Shown here piece after piece: positions 1-8,743 of a DNA stretch of 64,000 bases (positions are counted from its first letter, which is position 1; every line of letters begins with the position of its first letter). The position numbers were made by a program, and so were the translations under genes. The stretch spans positions 1,811 through 65,810 of the forward strand of contig CAVKLD010000003.1 of NCBI GenBank assembly GCA_963657065.1, read 5' to 3'. This stretch comes from a bacterium (GTDB lineage Bacteria > Bacillota > Clostridia > Oscillospirales > Acutalibacteraceae). The notes under the pieces are model-generated. The model was given only the letters and a program-made list of their open reading frames with translations. It was not told where the DNA came from and did no database searches.

Positions 1-82
1 TTTTTTGTACCCGGTTTTCGGCGGACCTTAGCCGTCCGAAACAAGCCAGAGGGAGGCTAACATTAAAAATGGAGGTGCCGTT

Positions 83-232
83 ATGAGAGTTAAGATCACT
101 CTTGCATGCACAGAGTGCAAGCAGCGCAACTACAACACAATGAAAAACAAAAAGAATTCCCCCGACAGACTTGAGATGAACAAGTACTGCAGATTTTGCA
201 GGAAACACACTCTCCACAGGGAAACCAAGTAA
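83..232 (+). CDS. rpmG: 50S ribosomal protein L33
   Basis: 49-aa ORF below the 60-aa cutoff of the ORF track: [49 protein letters not shown]. It has the paired CxxC zinc-ribbon typical of L33, GGAGG upstream, and lies directly 5' of secE-nusG. Confidence 0.9.
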   Translation: MRVKITLACTECKQRNYNTMKNKKNSPDRLEMNKYCRFCRKHTLHRETK

Positions 233-289
233 TTGACTTGCCGCACAAATTTCTTTTGCGGACAATTCAACCGAAAGGAATGAAATTGC

Positions 290-829
290 ATGGCTGAAAA
301 CAACGCCGACAAGGAGGCTCAGAAGCTCACTAAGGAAGCTGAAAAAGCCGCCGAAAAGGCTAAAAAAGAGAGAATTAAGCAGAGCAAGCCCAAAAAAGAG
401 GGCAATGTGTTTTCCCGCGCAGGCGCCGGCATCAAAAAGTTCTGGAAAGACTTTACCGGCACATGCAAAAAGGTCGTGTGGCCGAGCGGTAAACAGGTGC
501 TTAAAAGCAGCCTTGTCGTTCTCGTAAGCATCATCGTCGTCGGAGCGGTAATTTTCGGGTTTGACACCGGAATAAACGCCTTGTTCGAACAGGGCGCAAA
601 GCTTTCCTCGTCGCTTGGTGAAAAAGCGGCGGGCGACAGCACAACCGCAGCGGAAACGACCGCGGCGGATTCGACTGATGCGGATTCCACGGCGGCGGAT
701 TCAACCGCAGACGCGGAAGAAACGGCTTCATCACAGGCGGATGCTGCCGAAACGACCGAAGCCGGCACTTCGTCCGAAACAACGGGCGCTGCCGAAACAA
801 CAACGGCGGAAAACACAACCGAAGCATAA
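290..829 (+). CDS. secE: preprotein translocase subunit SecE, with a Lys/Glu-rich N-terminal extension and an acidic Thr/Ala/Ser-rich C-terminal extension
   Basis: The core IKKFWKDFTGTCKKVVWPSGKQVLKSSLVVLVSIIVVGAVIFGFD matches the SecE conserved region plus a single TM. Conserved position between rpmG and nusG. 179 aa. Confidence 0.8.
   Translation: MAENNADKEAQKLTKEAEKAAEKAKKERIKQSKPKKEGNVFSRAGAGIKKFWKDFTGTCKKVVWPSGKQVLKSSLVVLVSIIVVGAVIFGFDTGINALFEQGAKLSSSLGEKAAGDSTTAAETTAADSTDADSTAADSTADAEETASSQADAAETTEAGTSSETTGAAETTTAENTTEA
590..826 (+). repeat. low-complexity coding repeat (Thr/Ala/Asp/Ser/Glu) forming the SecE C-terminal tail
   Basis: AADSTDADSTAADSTADAEE...AETTEAGTSSETTGAAETTTAENTTEA. 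The DNA motif gcggcggattc recurs at 662 and 692 (30-nt period). The region generates spurious ORFs in several frames. Confidence 0.8.
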
Positions 830-913
830 TTTGTTTCGGCGCGGCTGTCTTGTGCCGCAAAACAGGCAAAATCACTCGGCGGATTTAAATCCGCATATTG
901 TTTGGAGGACAGT

Positions 914-1924
914 ATGGCTGAAGACTATAAATGGTATGTGATTCACACATATTCCGGCTACGAAAACAAAGTTGCCGATAACATACTGAAAACCGCAGTC
1001 AACCGCAACCTTACGGATCAGATATTGGAGGCGATTGTTCCCACCGAAACCGTCTACAGTCTTAAGTCTTACAAAGACAGAGCTGCCGACAGAAACGCTG
1101 AGATAAAAGCCGCCGACAACAAGATTCCCTATGTAAAGGTGATGGAGGGCGACGGGACGATGTACTACCTGCCGCAGGAGCTTAAAAACTGCGATTACGA
1201 TTCTGATGAAGTAAAAGAGCAGATGTATGTTGTCCGTGATATCGCCGGCGATCTTGCGTTCGAAGCAAAGGAAACGGTAACACGCAGAGATTTGCTGTCG
1301 CACTACGGTGTAAAAAACAGTGTCTTTAAGCTCAATAACGATTTTCAGAAATATGTTCCCGGCTACTTTTTCTTCGAAAACGCGAATTCATCGCCTGTCC
1401 TTCACGATGACATTGAAAGCAGAGTTTTCTATACCACCAAGATAACGAGGTGGCCCGAAAACTATTTCAATGGAAGAAATACGGCTCGTCTTGGAGACAT
1501 AATCGAACACGGCGGCGAAAGAAACACGATCAAAGCCGCCACGTCGAAGCTCATGCCCGGTTATGTTCTCGTAAAGCTCGCTGTGAGTTATCACGAAAAA
1601 GCGGGTGAGGACAGAATGACGGACGAAGTGTGGTACATTATCCGCAATACGCGCGGCTGTACCGGTTTCGTGGGTCCCGAAGGCGTTCCGGCTCCGCTCA
1701 CCGAATCCGAAATAGAGAAGTTCGGCGTTGAAATACACACCGTTGAGATTAACTTTGAAGAGGGCGATCTCGTCACGATTGTTGACGGTCCGTTTGCCGG
1801 TTATTCGGGCGTTGTGAGCAAAATCGATATCGATAACGATGTCGTTTGTGTCATTCTCCCGATTATGGGACGTGACACGCCTATCGATTTGTCGCTCGAC
1901 CAGGTCGAGTCGGCTGTCGATTGA
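914..1924 (+). CDS. nusG: transcription termination/antitermination factor NusG carrying a ~165-aa insertion in the NGN domain
   Basis: N-terminal NGN (YKWYVIHTYSGYENKV...EAIVPTE), then LMPGYVLVKL, then the KOW motif (GDLVTIVDGPFAGYSGVVSKID). ATG at 914 is preceded by GGAGGA; the TTG at 902 in the ORF track lies inside that RBS. Confidence 0.85.
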   Translation: MAEDYKWYVIHTYSGYENKVADNILKTAVNRNLTDQILEAIVPTETVYSLKSYKDRAADRNAEIKAADNKIPYVKVMEGDGTMYYLPQELKNCDYDSDEVKEQMYVVRDIAGDLAFEAKETVTRRDLLSHYGVKNSVFKLNNDFQKYVPGYFFFENANSSPVLHDDIESRVFYTTKITRWPENYFNGRNTARLGDIIEHGGERNTIKAATSKLMPGYVLVKLAVSYHEKAGEDRMTDEVWYIIRNTRGCTGFVGPEGVPAPLTESEIEKFGVEIHTVEINFEEGDLVTIVDGPFAGYSGVVSKIDIDNDVVCVILPIMGRDTPIDLSLDQVESAVD

Positions 1925-2035
1925 CATTTTTTTTGGTAAACCGACCGCAAGGTCTTTTTACGGCGTCGCTTCAGACGCTGTGGGAGGAACGTTCGGTGCG
2001 TTCCGCCACTACCACATTTTTTTTGGAGGTGCAAT

Positions 2036-2461
2036 ATGGCACAGAAAGTAACAGGCTTTATCAAGCTTCAGATCCCCGCAGGCAAGGCAACTCCCTCGCC
2101 CCCTGTAGGCCCCGCTCTTGGTCAGCACGGCGTCAATATCATGGCGTTCACAAAGGAATTTAACGAGAGAACGAAAAACGATATCGGTCTTGTCATTCCC
2201 GTTGTTATCACCGTTTATGCGGATCGTTCTTTCACATTCGTAACCAAGACTCCTCCCGCAGCCGTTCTTATAAAGAAGGCTTGCGGCATTGAAAGCGGCT
2301 CCGGCGTTCCCAATAAGACGAAGGTTGCCACTATCACCAAAGAGCAGGTAAGAAAAATCGCAGAACAGAAAATGCCCGACCTCAACGCCGCTTCGGTTGA
2401 AGCTGCTATGAGCATGGTAGCCGGTACGGCTCGTTCCATGGGCGTTACCGTTACAGACTGA
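2036..2461 (+). CDS. rplK: 50S ribosomal protein L11
   Basis: [43 protein letters not shown] is a canonical L11 N-terminus. GGAGG RBS. Confidence 0.97.
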   Translation: MAQKVTGFIKLQIPAGKATPSPPVGPALGQHGVNIMAFTKEFNERTKNDIGLVIPVVITVYADRSFTFVTKTPPAAVLIKKACGIESGSGVPNKTKVATITKEQVRKIAEQKMPDLNAASVEAAMSMVAGTARSMGVTVTD

Positions 2462-2480
2462 TTGAGGGAGGCGTTATATA

Positions 2481-3185
2481 ATGAAACACGGTAAAAAATA
2501 TGTCGACAGCACAAAGCTCGTTGACAGATCAAAGTATTATGAGTCTCCCGAGGCTCTTGACCTCGCAGTCAAGACGGCTAAGGCGAAGTTTGATGAAACT
2601 GTGGAAGTTCACATCCGTCTTGGCGTCGACTCTCGTCACGCGGATCAGCAGGTCAGAGGCGCGGTCGTTCTTCCCAACGGCACAGGCAAGAAAATCAGAG
2701 TTTGCGTTTTCGCAAAAGGTGACGATGCAAAGGCTGCCGAGGCAGCAGGCGCAGAGATAGTCGGTGCGGAAGATCTCGTCGCGAGAATCCAGGGCGAAGG
2801 CTTCATGGATTTCGACGTTTGTATAGCTGCTCCCAACATGATGGGACTAGTCGGACGTCTTGGTAAAGTTCTCGGTCCTCGCGGACTCATGCCCAGCCCC
2901 AAAGCAGGCACGGTTACTCCCGATGTCGCAAAGGCTGTCAATGAAGCGAAAGCCGGTAAGATTGAGTACCGTCTTGACAAAACCAACATTATCCACTGTC
3001 CCATCGGTAAGGCATCTTTCGGAGTAGACAAGCTCTATGAGAACTACGCTACGCTTATGGATGCTGTCATCAAGGCAAAGCCTGCTGCATCAAAGGGTCA
3101 GTATATTCGCTCATGCGTTGTAACGTCAACTATGGGTGTCGGCATTAAGATTAATCCCAACAAGGTTCTTAAGTCCGCCGAATAA
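2481..3185 (+). CDS. rplA: 50S ribosomal protein L1
   Basis: [35 protein letters not shown] is the L1 signature. Follows rplK by 19 nt. Confidence 0.97.
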   Translation: MKHGKKYVDSTKLVDRSKYYESPEALDLAVKTAKAKFDETVEVHIRLGVDSRHADQQVRGAVVLPNGTGKKIRVCVFAKGDDAKAAEAAGAEIVGAEDLVARIQGEGFMDFDVCIAAPNMMGLVGRLGKVLGPRGLMPSPKAGTVTPDVAKAVNEAKAGKIEYRLDKTNIIHCPIGKASFGVDKLYENYATLMDAVIKAKPAASKGQYIRSCVVTSTMGVGIKINPNKVLKSAE

Positions 3186-3245
3186 TTAAAATGAATGCGA
3201 GGGGCGCGCTGTTTGCAGCTCCGCCCCTCGATTTCAAAAAAACTA

Positions 3246-3436
3246 TTGACAAATGAGTTTTTATATGATAAACTGTTTGTCGTTGCTGTTCTAAAGACAG
3301 TAGGTGCTTTTAAGCATAAAGGCATTCGCCGCCTACCGAGGAATGTGCGCACATCACATTTTGTGTATCGTTGTGCTCTTTCGTCGGTTTTGGCGAAAGG
3401 GTTATTTTTATTTTTCAGAAGGCAGGTGAATTCATT
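3246..3436 (+). promoter_or_regulatory. sigma-A-like promoter plus ribosomal protein L10 (rplJL) leader with an attenuator hairpin
   Basis: TTGACA (3246-3251), 17-nt spacer, TG-n-TAAACT (3269-3274). The ~160-nt leader ends in stem ctttcgtc/ggcgaaag (3378-3399) followed by a T-rich run to 3415, just upstream of the rplJ start. A structured autoregulatory L10 leader is known at this position in Firmicutes. Confidence 0.5.
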
Positions 3437-3973
3437 TTGCCAAACGCAAAGGTTTTAGAAGAAAAGAAGGCTCAGGTCGCTGCTCTCAAGGCTAAGTTCG
3501 ACAGTGCCGTTGCCGGTGTTATCGTAGATTACAAGGGCACGACGGTTGAGGACGATACCAAGCTCCGTAAAGAGTTGAGAGAGGCAGGTGTCGAGTACTC
3601 CGTAGCTAAGAACACGCTTATACGTCTTGCTATCGACGGCACCGCTCTTGCGGCTATGGATGATATTCTTAACGGCACAACGGCTGTTGCCACAAGCGAT
3701 GCCGACTATGTCGCCGCCGCAAAGATACTTTCCAAGTTCGCAGAGAACCATGAGAACTTCACAATCAAGTCGGGTTTCCTCGACGGTGAGGTAATTTCTC
3801 TCGAAAAAATCGAGTCGCTTGCAAAGCTCCCCTCCAAGGAACAACTCCTTACGTCGGTTGCTTTCGCATTCCAGGCTCCCATGGCATCGTTTGCAAGAGC
3901 GATCAAGGCTATCGTCGACAAAAACGGCGAGGGCGACGCTGCACCCGCAGCGGAAGAAGCCGCAGCGGAATAA
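3437..3973 (+). CDS. rplJ: 50S ribosomal protein L10
   Basis: (M)PNAKVLEEKKAQVAALKAKFDSAVAGVIVDYKGTTVEDDTKLRKELREAGVEYSVAKNTL. TTG start at 3437, in frame with the longer track ORF. The upstream part of that ORF is the leader. Confidence 0.88.
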   Translation: MPNAKVLEEKKAQVAALKAKFDSAVAGVIVDYKGTTVEDDTKLRKELREAGVEYSVAKNTLIRLAIDGTALAAMDDILNGTTAVATSDADYVAAAKILSKFAENHENFTIKSGFLDGEVISLEKIESLAKLPSKEQLLTSVAFAFQAPMASFARAIKAIVDKNGEGDAAPAAEEAAAE

Positions 3974-4029
3974 TTCCGACGCTGTGCGCGTAATTACATT
4001 AAAAACTATTTATATTGGAGGATAAAAAA

Positions 4030-4410
4030 ATGGCATCCGAGAAAATTGTTGCTATTGTTGATGAAGTTGCTGCACTTTCAGTTCTTGAACTTGCAGAGCT
4101 TGTTAAAGAAGTTGAAGAAAGATTTGGCGTAAGCGCTGCTGCGGCAGTTGCAGTTGCCGCTCCCGCTGCAGGCGCAGCCGCAGCCGTAGAAGAGAAGACC
4201 GAGTTTGACGTTGTTCTTGAGTCCTTTGATGCTGCTGCCAAGATCAAGGTAATCAAGGTTGTTCGTGAAATTACCGGTCTCGGACTTGCAGATGCTAAAG
4301 CTGCTGTTGAAGGTGCTCCCAAGACCCTCAAAGAAGCTGTCGGCAAGGATGAAGCTGAATCCCTCAAGGCAAAGCTCGAAGAAGCAGGCGCAAAAGTCGC
4401 TCTCAAGTAA
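4030..4410 (+). CDS. rplL: 50S ribosomal protein L7/L12
   Basis: [34 protein letters not shown], an Ala-rich hinge, then [30 protein letters not shown] at 4030 follows GGAGGA. Confidence 0.97.
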   Translation: MASEKIVAIVDEVAALSVLELAELVKEVEERFGVSAAAAVAVAAPAAGAAAAVEEKTEFDVVLESFDAAAKIKVIKVVREITGLGLADAKAAVEGAPKTLKEAVGKDEAESLKAKLEEAGAKVALK

Positions 4411-4434
4411 TTTCGGTTTACTTAAAAAAACACG

Positions 4435-4464
4435 GACTGTCGCACAACGCGGCAGTCTTTTTTT
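4435..4464 (+). terminator. intrinsic terminator of the rplJL transcript
   Basis: Stem gactgtcgc/gcggcagtc (one G-U pair), 5-nt loop, then TTTTTTT (4458-4464). Confidence 0.85.
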
Positions 4465-4754
4465 ACTATGTACCGCGATTAAAACAAAGACGCGAAACGT
4501 GTACAAAACGATATCGTACACGTTTTGTGCTTATTGGTGACAATTCTTGTCCCCGCTGCACCCGCAGCGGAAACAAGAAGTAATAAGCGCGCAAACGGAT
4601 ACGGTGTACATGTGAGCGATAAACGGCGTTGCCATGTTTCGGTCTGAGGGAAGTCCGGGTAAAGCAAAGACTGTATTTCTTGTGAAGCCATTAGTTGTGA
4701 ACTTCGCGAAATACAGTCTGTTTTTGTTTTGTGCTTTAATTTGCGCGTGTGATT

Positions 4755-5972
4755 TTATTCTGTGGGATTTATATAGGTCGAGGGTACTTCAATTACGATG
4801 TCGGACAGTGCGAATGTTGCGCACGGGTGGATATATCCGTTTTCTTTGTCGGAGTATCTTCTGCCCTCGTCGTTTTCTTTTGGCACGTATACATTTCCGG
4901 CAAGGAGTTTTGAGCGGCACCAACCGCATTCGCCGCTTCTGCACCGTGACGGTGCGGCGATTCCCGCGCGTTCGATTGCAACGAGAATCGGTTCGTCTGC
5001 GGAAACCGTGATTTTTTCTTCGCCCGTGTTCGTTCGTACCGTGGCGGTGAAAGTCCGTCCCTTGCATTCGGACGGGTAGTCTTCATTCTCACTCACGTTT
5101 TTGGTGACGCCGAGGAGTTCGCGGCGAACGTGTTTTCTGTCAAGACCGAGTTTTTCAAGCTCCTTTTCGACAAAGCGGTACATTGCTTTCGGTCCGCACA
5201 TGAACACGGAAAATTCTTTTCCGTCAGGCGCGTATTTTTTGATGATGTCCGCCGTTATGAAGCCGTGTTCGCAACCATCCTTTTCCTCGTCGGAGAGTAC
5301 GTGTACCGTTTTCACGCGGTGACATCTCGCGGAGATTTCGTCAAGTTCGTTTCTAAACAGAATACTGTCAGATGTTCTGTTGCCGAACAGTATCGTGAGA
5401 TTGAAGTCTTCAGTGCCGTCGCACACGGCATGCGCCATTGACAGAAACGGCGTGATTCCGCTGCCGCCTGCAATCGCGATGACGTCCTTGCAGTCACGAA
5501 GCTCTTCGTAAAAGAAGTTTCCGAGCGGTTCCGATACCGTGACCGTATCGCCGACTTTCATTTCCGAAAGAAGATAATTCGACACGAATCCGTTCGGTTC
5601 GCGGCGAACGGTTATCTTGTATTGCCTGTACTCTGTGAGCGACGGCGCGGAGCTTATCGAATACGGCCGCGTTACGATACTGTTGCCTATTTTCAGGCTG
5701 ATGCTCAGATACTGTCCCGCTCTGAAATACGCCGCACTGTCTGCGGAAAGAGTAAAAGTCTTTGCGTCCGCTCCGACGTGTTCCGTTATGTCTGTGATTT
5801 TCATAATCTGGTAATCGGGATGGAGTATTTTCGCGTGTTTATTTATCGGAAACTCCGCCGATACCGCTATTTCGGGCGCGGCTTTGATAACACGGTTTTT
5901 CTCCGTTATATGGCTTATGAGCTTCTTTATGTCGCAAAATCCGTTTTTACCCACGTTCAATTTGAGTTCCAT
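4755..5972 (-). CDS. FAD/NAD(P)-binding oxidoreductase of the ferredoxin-NADP reductase fold with a C-terminal plant-type 2Fe-2S domain
   Basis: RPYSISS (FAD site), AIAGGSGITPFLSMA (NAD site), and the C-terminal CRSGECGWCRSKL...C cluster motif. Confidence 0.75.
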   Translation of the reverse strand: MELKLNVGKNGFCDIKKLISHITEKNRVIKAAPEIAVSAEFPINKHAKILHPDYQIMKITDITEHVGADAKTFTLSADSAAYFRAGQYLSISLKIGNSIVTRPYSISSAPSLTEYRQYKITVRREPNGFVSNYLLSEMKVGDTVTVSEPLGNFFYEELRDCKDVIAIAGGSGITPFLSMAHAVCDGTEDFNLTILFGNRTSDSILFRNELDEISARCHRVKTVHVLSDEEKDGCEHGFITADIIKKYAPDGKEFSVFMCGPKAMYRFVEKELEKLGLDRKHVRRELLGVTKNVSENEDYPSECKGRTFTATVRTNTGEEKITVSADEPILVAIERAGIAAPSRCRSGECGWCRSKLLAGNVYVPKENDEGRRYSDKENGYIHPCATFALSDIVIEVPSTYINPTE

Positions 5973-7510
5973 CAGTTTTTACCTCCCTTGCCGTTCAGCT
6001 CTTTTAACGCCGCCTTTGCGACGATGCTGCCGCACATGTATGTCGAGCTGTAGCCGTCGCCACGCTGTCCCGATGTGCCTATCGGTTTGAGTCCTTTTAT
6101 GGGGAAGTCCGCGCCCTGCGACGCGATTCTTGAGAGAATGCTATCCCAGTCCTTCGTCATGTAGCCGTATACACTGCCTTCGGGCACGCCGAGATAACGC
6201 GCAAATGTCAAGGGAGAGGCTATTGAAATTTCTTCGATGTACGGTGTCAGTTCTATGCCCGTCTTGCTCTCGAAATTCGATATGATTTTCTTGGCAAGGC
6301 TGTTTTTCAGTTTTATGTATTCCTCGTCCGTGACGTTGTTCCAATCATCGGCGGTTGTGAACATCGTGGTAAAGCTGCACATCGACGTTCCCTCGGGGGA
6401 TGCTTCGGGGTTCACAATGTTGTAGCAGAGAAAAATCGAATAGTTGTTCGTGTCTATTTTCTTTAAGCTGTTGAATTCTCTTTCCGAATTTGCGGAATCG
6501 GACAGAAAAATGCTGTAGTCCTTTATGCCAAGCTCTTCGGCAGTCTTGTTAAGGCCGAGATATACTGTGAACATTCTCGCGCCGAAATCACGGTTTCGCG
6601 CCGCGGAGAGTTTCTTTTCTCTCGCGGGGACAAGGGATTTCGGCATCATTCTGCCGTAAATTATGTCGGGGTTGATGTTCGCGAAAATGACATCGGCGTA
6701 AAAATCGCCCGCGTTTGTTGCTACACCGCAGCAGCGATCGCCGTCAAAGATAAATTCTTTCGCGCAGCAGTTGAATTTTATGTCGCCGCCGAGCGAACGG
6801 AATCTTTCCGCCATTGCGTTGCTTATCTCGTGTGAGGTGTGCGTTGGGATGTAGGCGCCAAGGGTAATGTAGTTGTAAACCATTGACGCGTAGTGGAAAA
6901 ACGAAAGATGATTGATGTCAACTCCGAGATATGACCAGTATACAGAGAGAATATCCTGACATTTTTGGGGAAGACCGAGCGCGTCGAAAACCTCCGCGGA
7001 TGAATATCCAGCCGATTTGAATACGTTCTTGTAGCTTTTCAGCAGGTGGCTGACAGATATTTTCGGACTGTCAAGGTATTTCACGAGTTCGTTAAGTTCA
7101 TGAAGAAGCTCGAAAAAAGCTGTCATCGGCTTACGACTGCCGGGAACGTATTCCTCTATCTTGTCAACAAAAGCGTCAACTCCGGCAGGAAGCGTAACAT
7201 CCATCGGCGTCCAGTCACTGTAGCGTGAAATGCATCTAAAGCAGTCGTCCACGCGCTGCCATTGAACTTTTACACCGTATCTGTCCATCAGCGTGCGCAC
7301 GTCGCCGGGATTCTCTTCGCTGCCGACTCCGCAAAGCTCGTGCAGCGACGGCTCGAATTCAAATCTGCCTCTGCAAAAGCTCGATGCGCATCCGCCCGGC
7401 AGGTTGTGCTTTTCAATGAGCAATGTTTTTTTACCGGAAGTTATCATTTCGAGTGCGGCGGCAAGTCCCGCGCATCCCGAACCGACAACAATTGCATCGT
7501 ATGTTTTCAT
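5972..7510 (-). CDS. NAD(P)/FAD-dependent oxidoreductase, phytoene desaturase (CrtI)-like family
   Basis: MKTYDAIVVGSGCAGLAAALEMITSGKKTLLIEKHNLPGGCASSF is a Rossmann GxGxxG plus the CrtI-family N-terminus. ATG at 7510 is preceded by GAGGTG. Its stop overlaps the start of the downstream reductase by 1 nt. Confidence 0.7.
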   Translation of the reverse strand: MKTYDAIVVGSGCAGLAAALEMITSGKKTLLIEKHNLPGGCASSFCRGRFEFEPSLHELCGVGSEENPGDVRTLMDRYGVKVQWQRVDDCFRCISRYSDWTPMDVTLPAGVDAFVDKIEEYVPGSRKPMTAFFELLHELNELVKYLDSPKISVSHLLKSYKNVFKSAGYSSAEVFDALGLPQKCQDILSVYWSYLGVDINHLSFFHYASMVYNYITLGAYIPTHTSHEISNAMAERFRSLGGDIKFNCCAKEFIFDGDRCCGVATNAGDFYADVIFANINPDIIYGRMMPKSLVPAREKKLSAARNRDFGARMFTVYLGLNKTAEELGIKDYSIFLSDSANSEREFNSLKKIDTNNYSIFLCYNIVNPEASPEGTSMCSFTTMFTTADDWNNVTDEEYIKLKNSLAKKIISNFESKTGIELTPYIEEISIASPLTFARYLGVPEGSVYGYMTKDWDSILSRIASQGADFPIKGLKPIGTSGQRGDGYSSTYMCGSIVAKAALKELNGKGGKN

Positions 7511-7585
7511 AAAACACCTCAAGCTATATTATTTTGTAAGTACATTTTACCACACGCGGCGCGGAAATACAACATGCGGCCGATG

Positions 7586-7618
7586 AAAAAAATACGCTTC
7601 GTCGGATTTCGGCGAAGC
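7586..7618 (-). terminator. intrinsic terminator downstream of the 7650-8471 lipoprotein gene
   Basis: On the minus strand: stem gcttcgcc/gacgaagc (one G-U pair) followed by gTATTTTTTT. Confidence 0.75.
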
Positions 7619-7649
7619 ATGTGTGCATATGTAAGTTTTTTTTGTTGAT

Positions 7650-8471
7650 TTATGCTGCAAATGCGGTGTGTATTGTCGTTGTGTCGTTATTGTATGTGTA
7701 CGTAAACGAGAAACGGTAGGTTTTTCCGCTTTCGAGCTGCTCGACCTTGTAAAAATCAAGCGATGCGGTTTCCGTTGAGTTTTCGCCGCTTTTTACGGTT
7801 CTGAACGAAGTAAATACATTCGCGCCGTCTATCAGCTGCGTGTATTTGCCGTCCGCTTCGACGCGGTCGACCCACGGCACGAACGTGAACGGAATTTCAA
7901 TGTCATGTGCGGAGTGGTTCTCGATAAGCGCACCTACTTCGTTCTTTTCAGCGTCGTACGACCATGTTATGCGGATGTCTTCGCACAATGCCGCGTTATT
8001 TCCGGCTTTTTGCGCGTCGGTCATTTTTCGCGGCGTAAAGTTGTGCATTATCACAGTCTTGTTGATGTCAGAGACAGTTCCGTCATTATCGTTGCGATAA
8101 TACGGCAGCGTCAGGCGGTATACCGTGTCAGTTTCAAGCGTCGTTATTCCCTCGCGGGACAGAGAGATTGATGCCGCGCCCGTTTTTCCTTTGTCGATGG
8201 ACAGCCTGTTTGAAAATTGCGATATCTTTTCGATTGTCGTTGAAAAATTCCCGTTCTCATCGGCTTGTTCAAGCGATACGGACGCAATGTCGGCTTCGAT
8301 TCCGTGAGAAGACCTGTTGTCAATGTCAACGGAAAGCTCGTTTTTATCCGTATCATATGACCACGTTATGCGGACATCTTCACCTTTGCCGTCGTCCTTG
8401 GCAACCGTGCATGAACAAAACAATATCGCAAGAATCATCACAACGGAACATAAGTGCATTGTAATTTTCAT
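7650..8471 (-). CDS. putative lipoprotein composed of two tandem homologous ~115-aa domains
   Basis: Signal peptide with lipobox (MKITMHLCSVVMILAILFCSC). The internal duplication is visible as DVRITWSYDTDKNELSVDIDNRSSHGIE versus DIRITWSYDAEKNEVGALIENHSAHDIE. Function unknown. Confidence 0.7.
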   Translation of the reverse strand: MKITMHLCSVVMILAILFCSCTVAKDDGKGEDVRITWSYDTDKNELSVDIDNRSSHGIEADIASVSLEQADENGNFSTTIEKISQFSNRLSIDKGKTGAASISLSREGITTLETDTVYRLTLPYYRNDNDGTVSDINKTVIMHNFTPRKMTDAQKAGNNAALCEDIRITWSYDAEKNEVGALIENHSAHDIEIPFTFVPWVDRVEADGKYTQLIDGANVFTSFRTVKSGENSTETASLDFYKVEQLESGKTYRFSFTYTYNNDTTTIHTAFAA

Positions 8472-8743
8472 GGCAAAACGGCTCCTTCGAATTTTATTGT
8501 CACTTGTATTTTATCACAAACTGTTTTTTTTAAGAGGTTAAAGTTTACAAAATTTTCATCTTTCGATTGTGTAAGATACAAGTTCTTTATCGGCAGGTGT
8601 TGTTACAATCCACAAAACGCGAGTTTGCAATTTGTGGAACATACCGAAAAATTCCGCAGTCGATTGCAAACGCCGGCGCGGGGTGTTATAATCATGATAT
8701 ATTATTTTAACTTGATTTAAACAAACGGAGTTGAGAAAACATC

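Noticed and set aside
319-941. Overlapping ORFs in several frames across the secE 3' half (319-816, 531-875, 615-941)
   Set aside because: They are by-products of the GC-rich low-complexity repeat that encodes the SecE tail. Only the SecE frame has a start context and a conserved core.
4640-4665. GAGGGAAGTCCGGG, reminiscent of the RNase P RNA P4 region (GAGGAAAGTCCGGGC)
   Set aside because: The flanks lack the other universally conserved RNase P elements, and the non-coding space (~300 nt shared with terminators) is too small for a type A or type B RNase P RNA.
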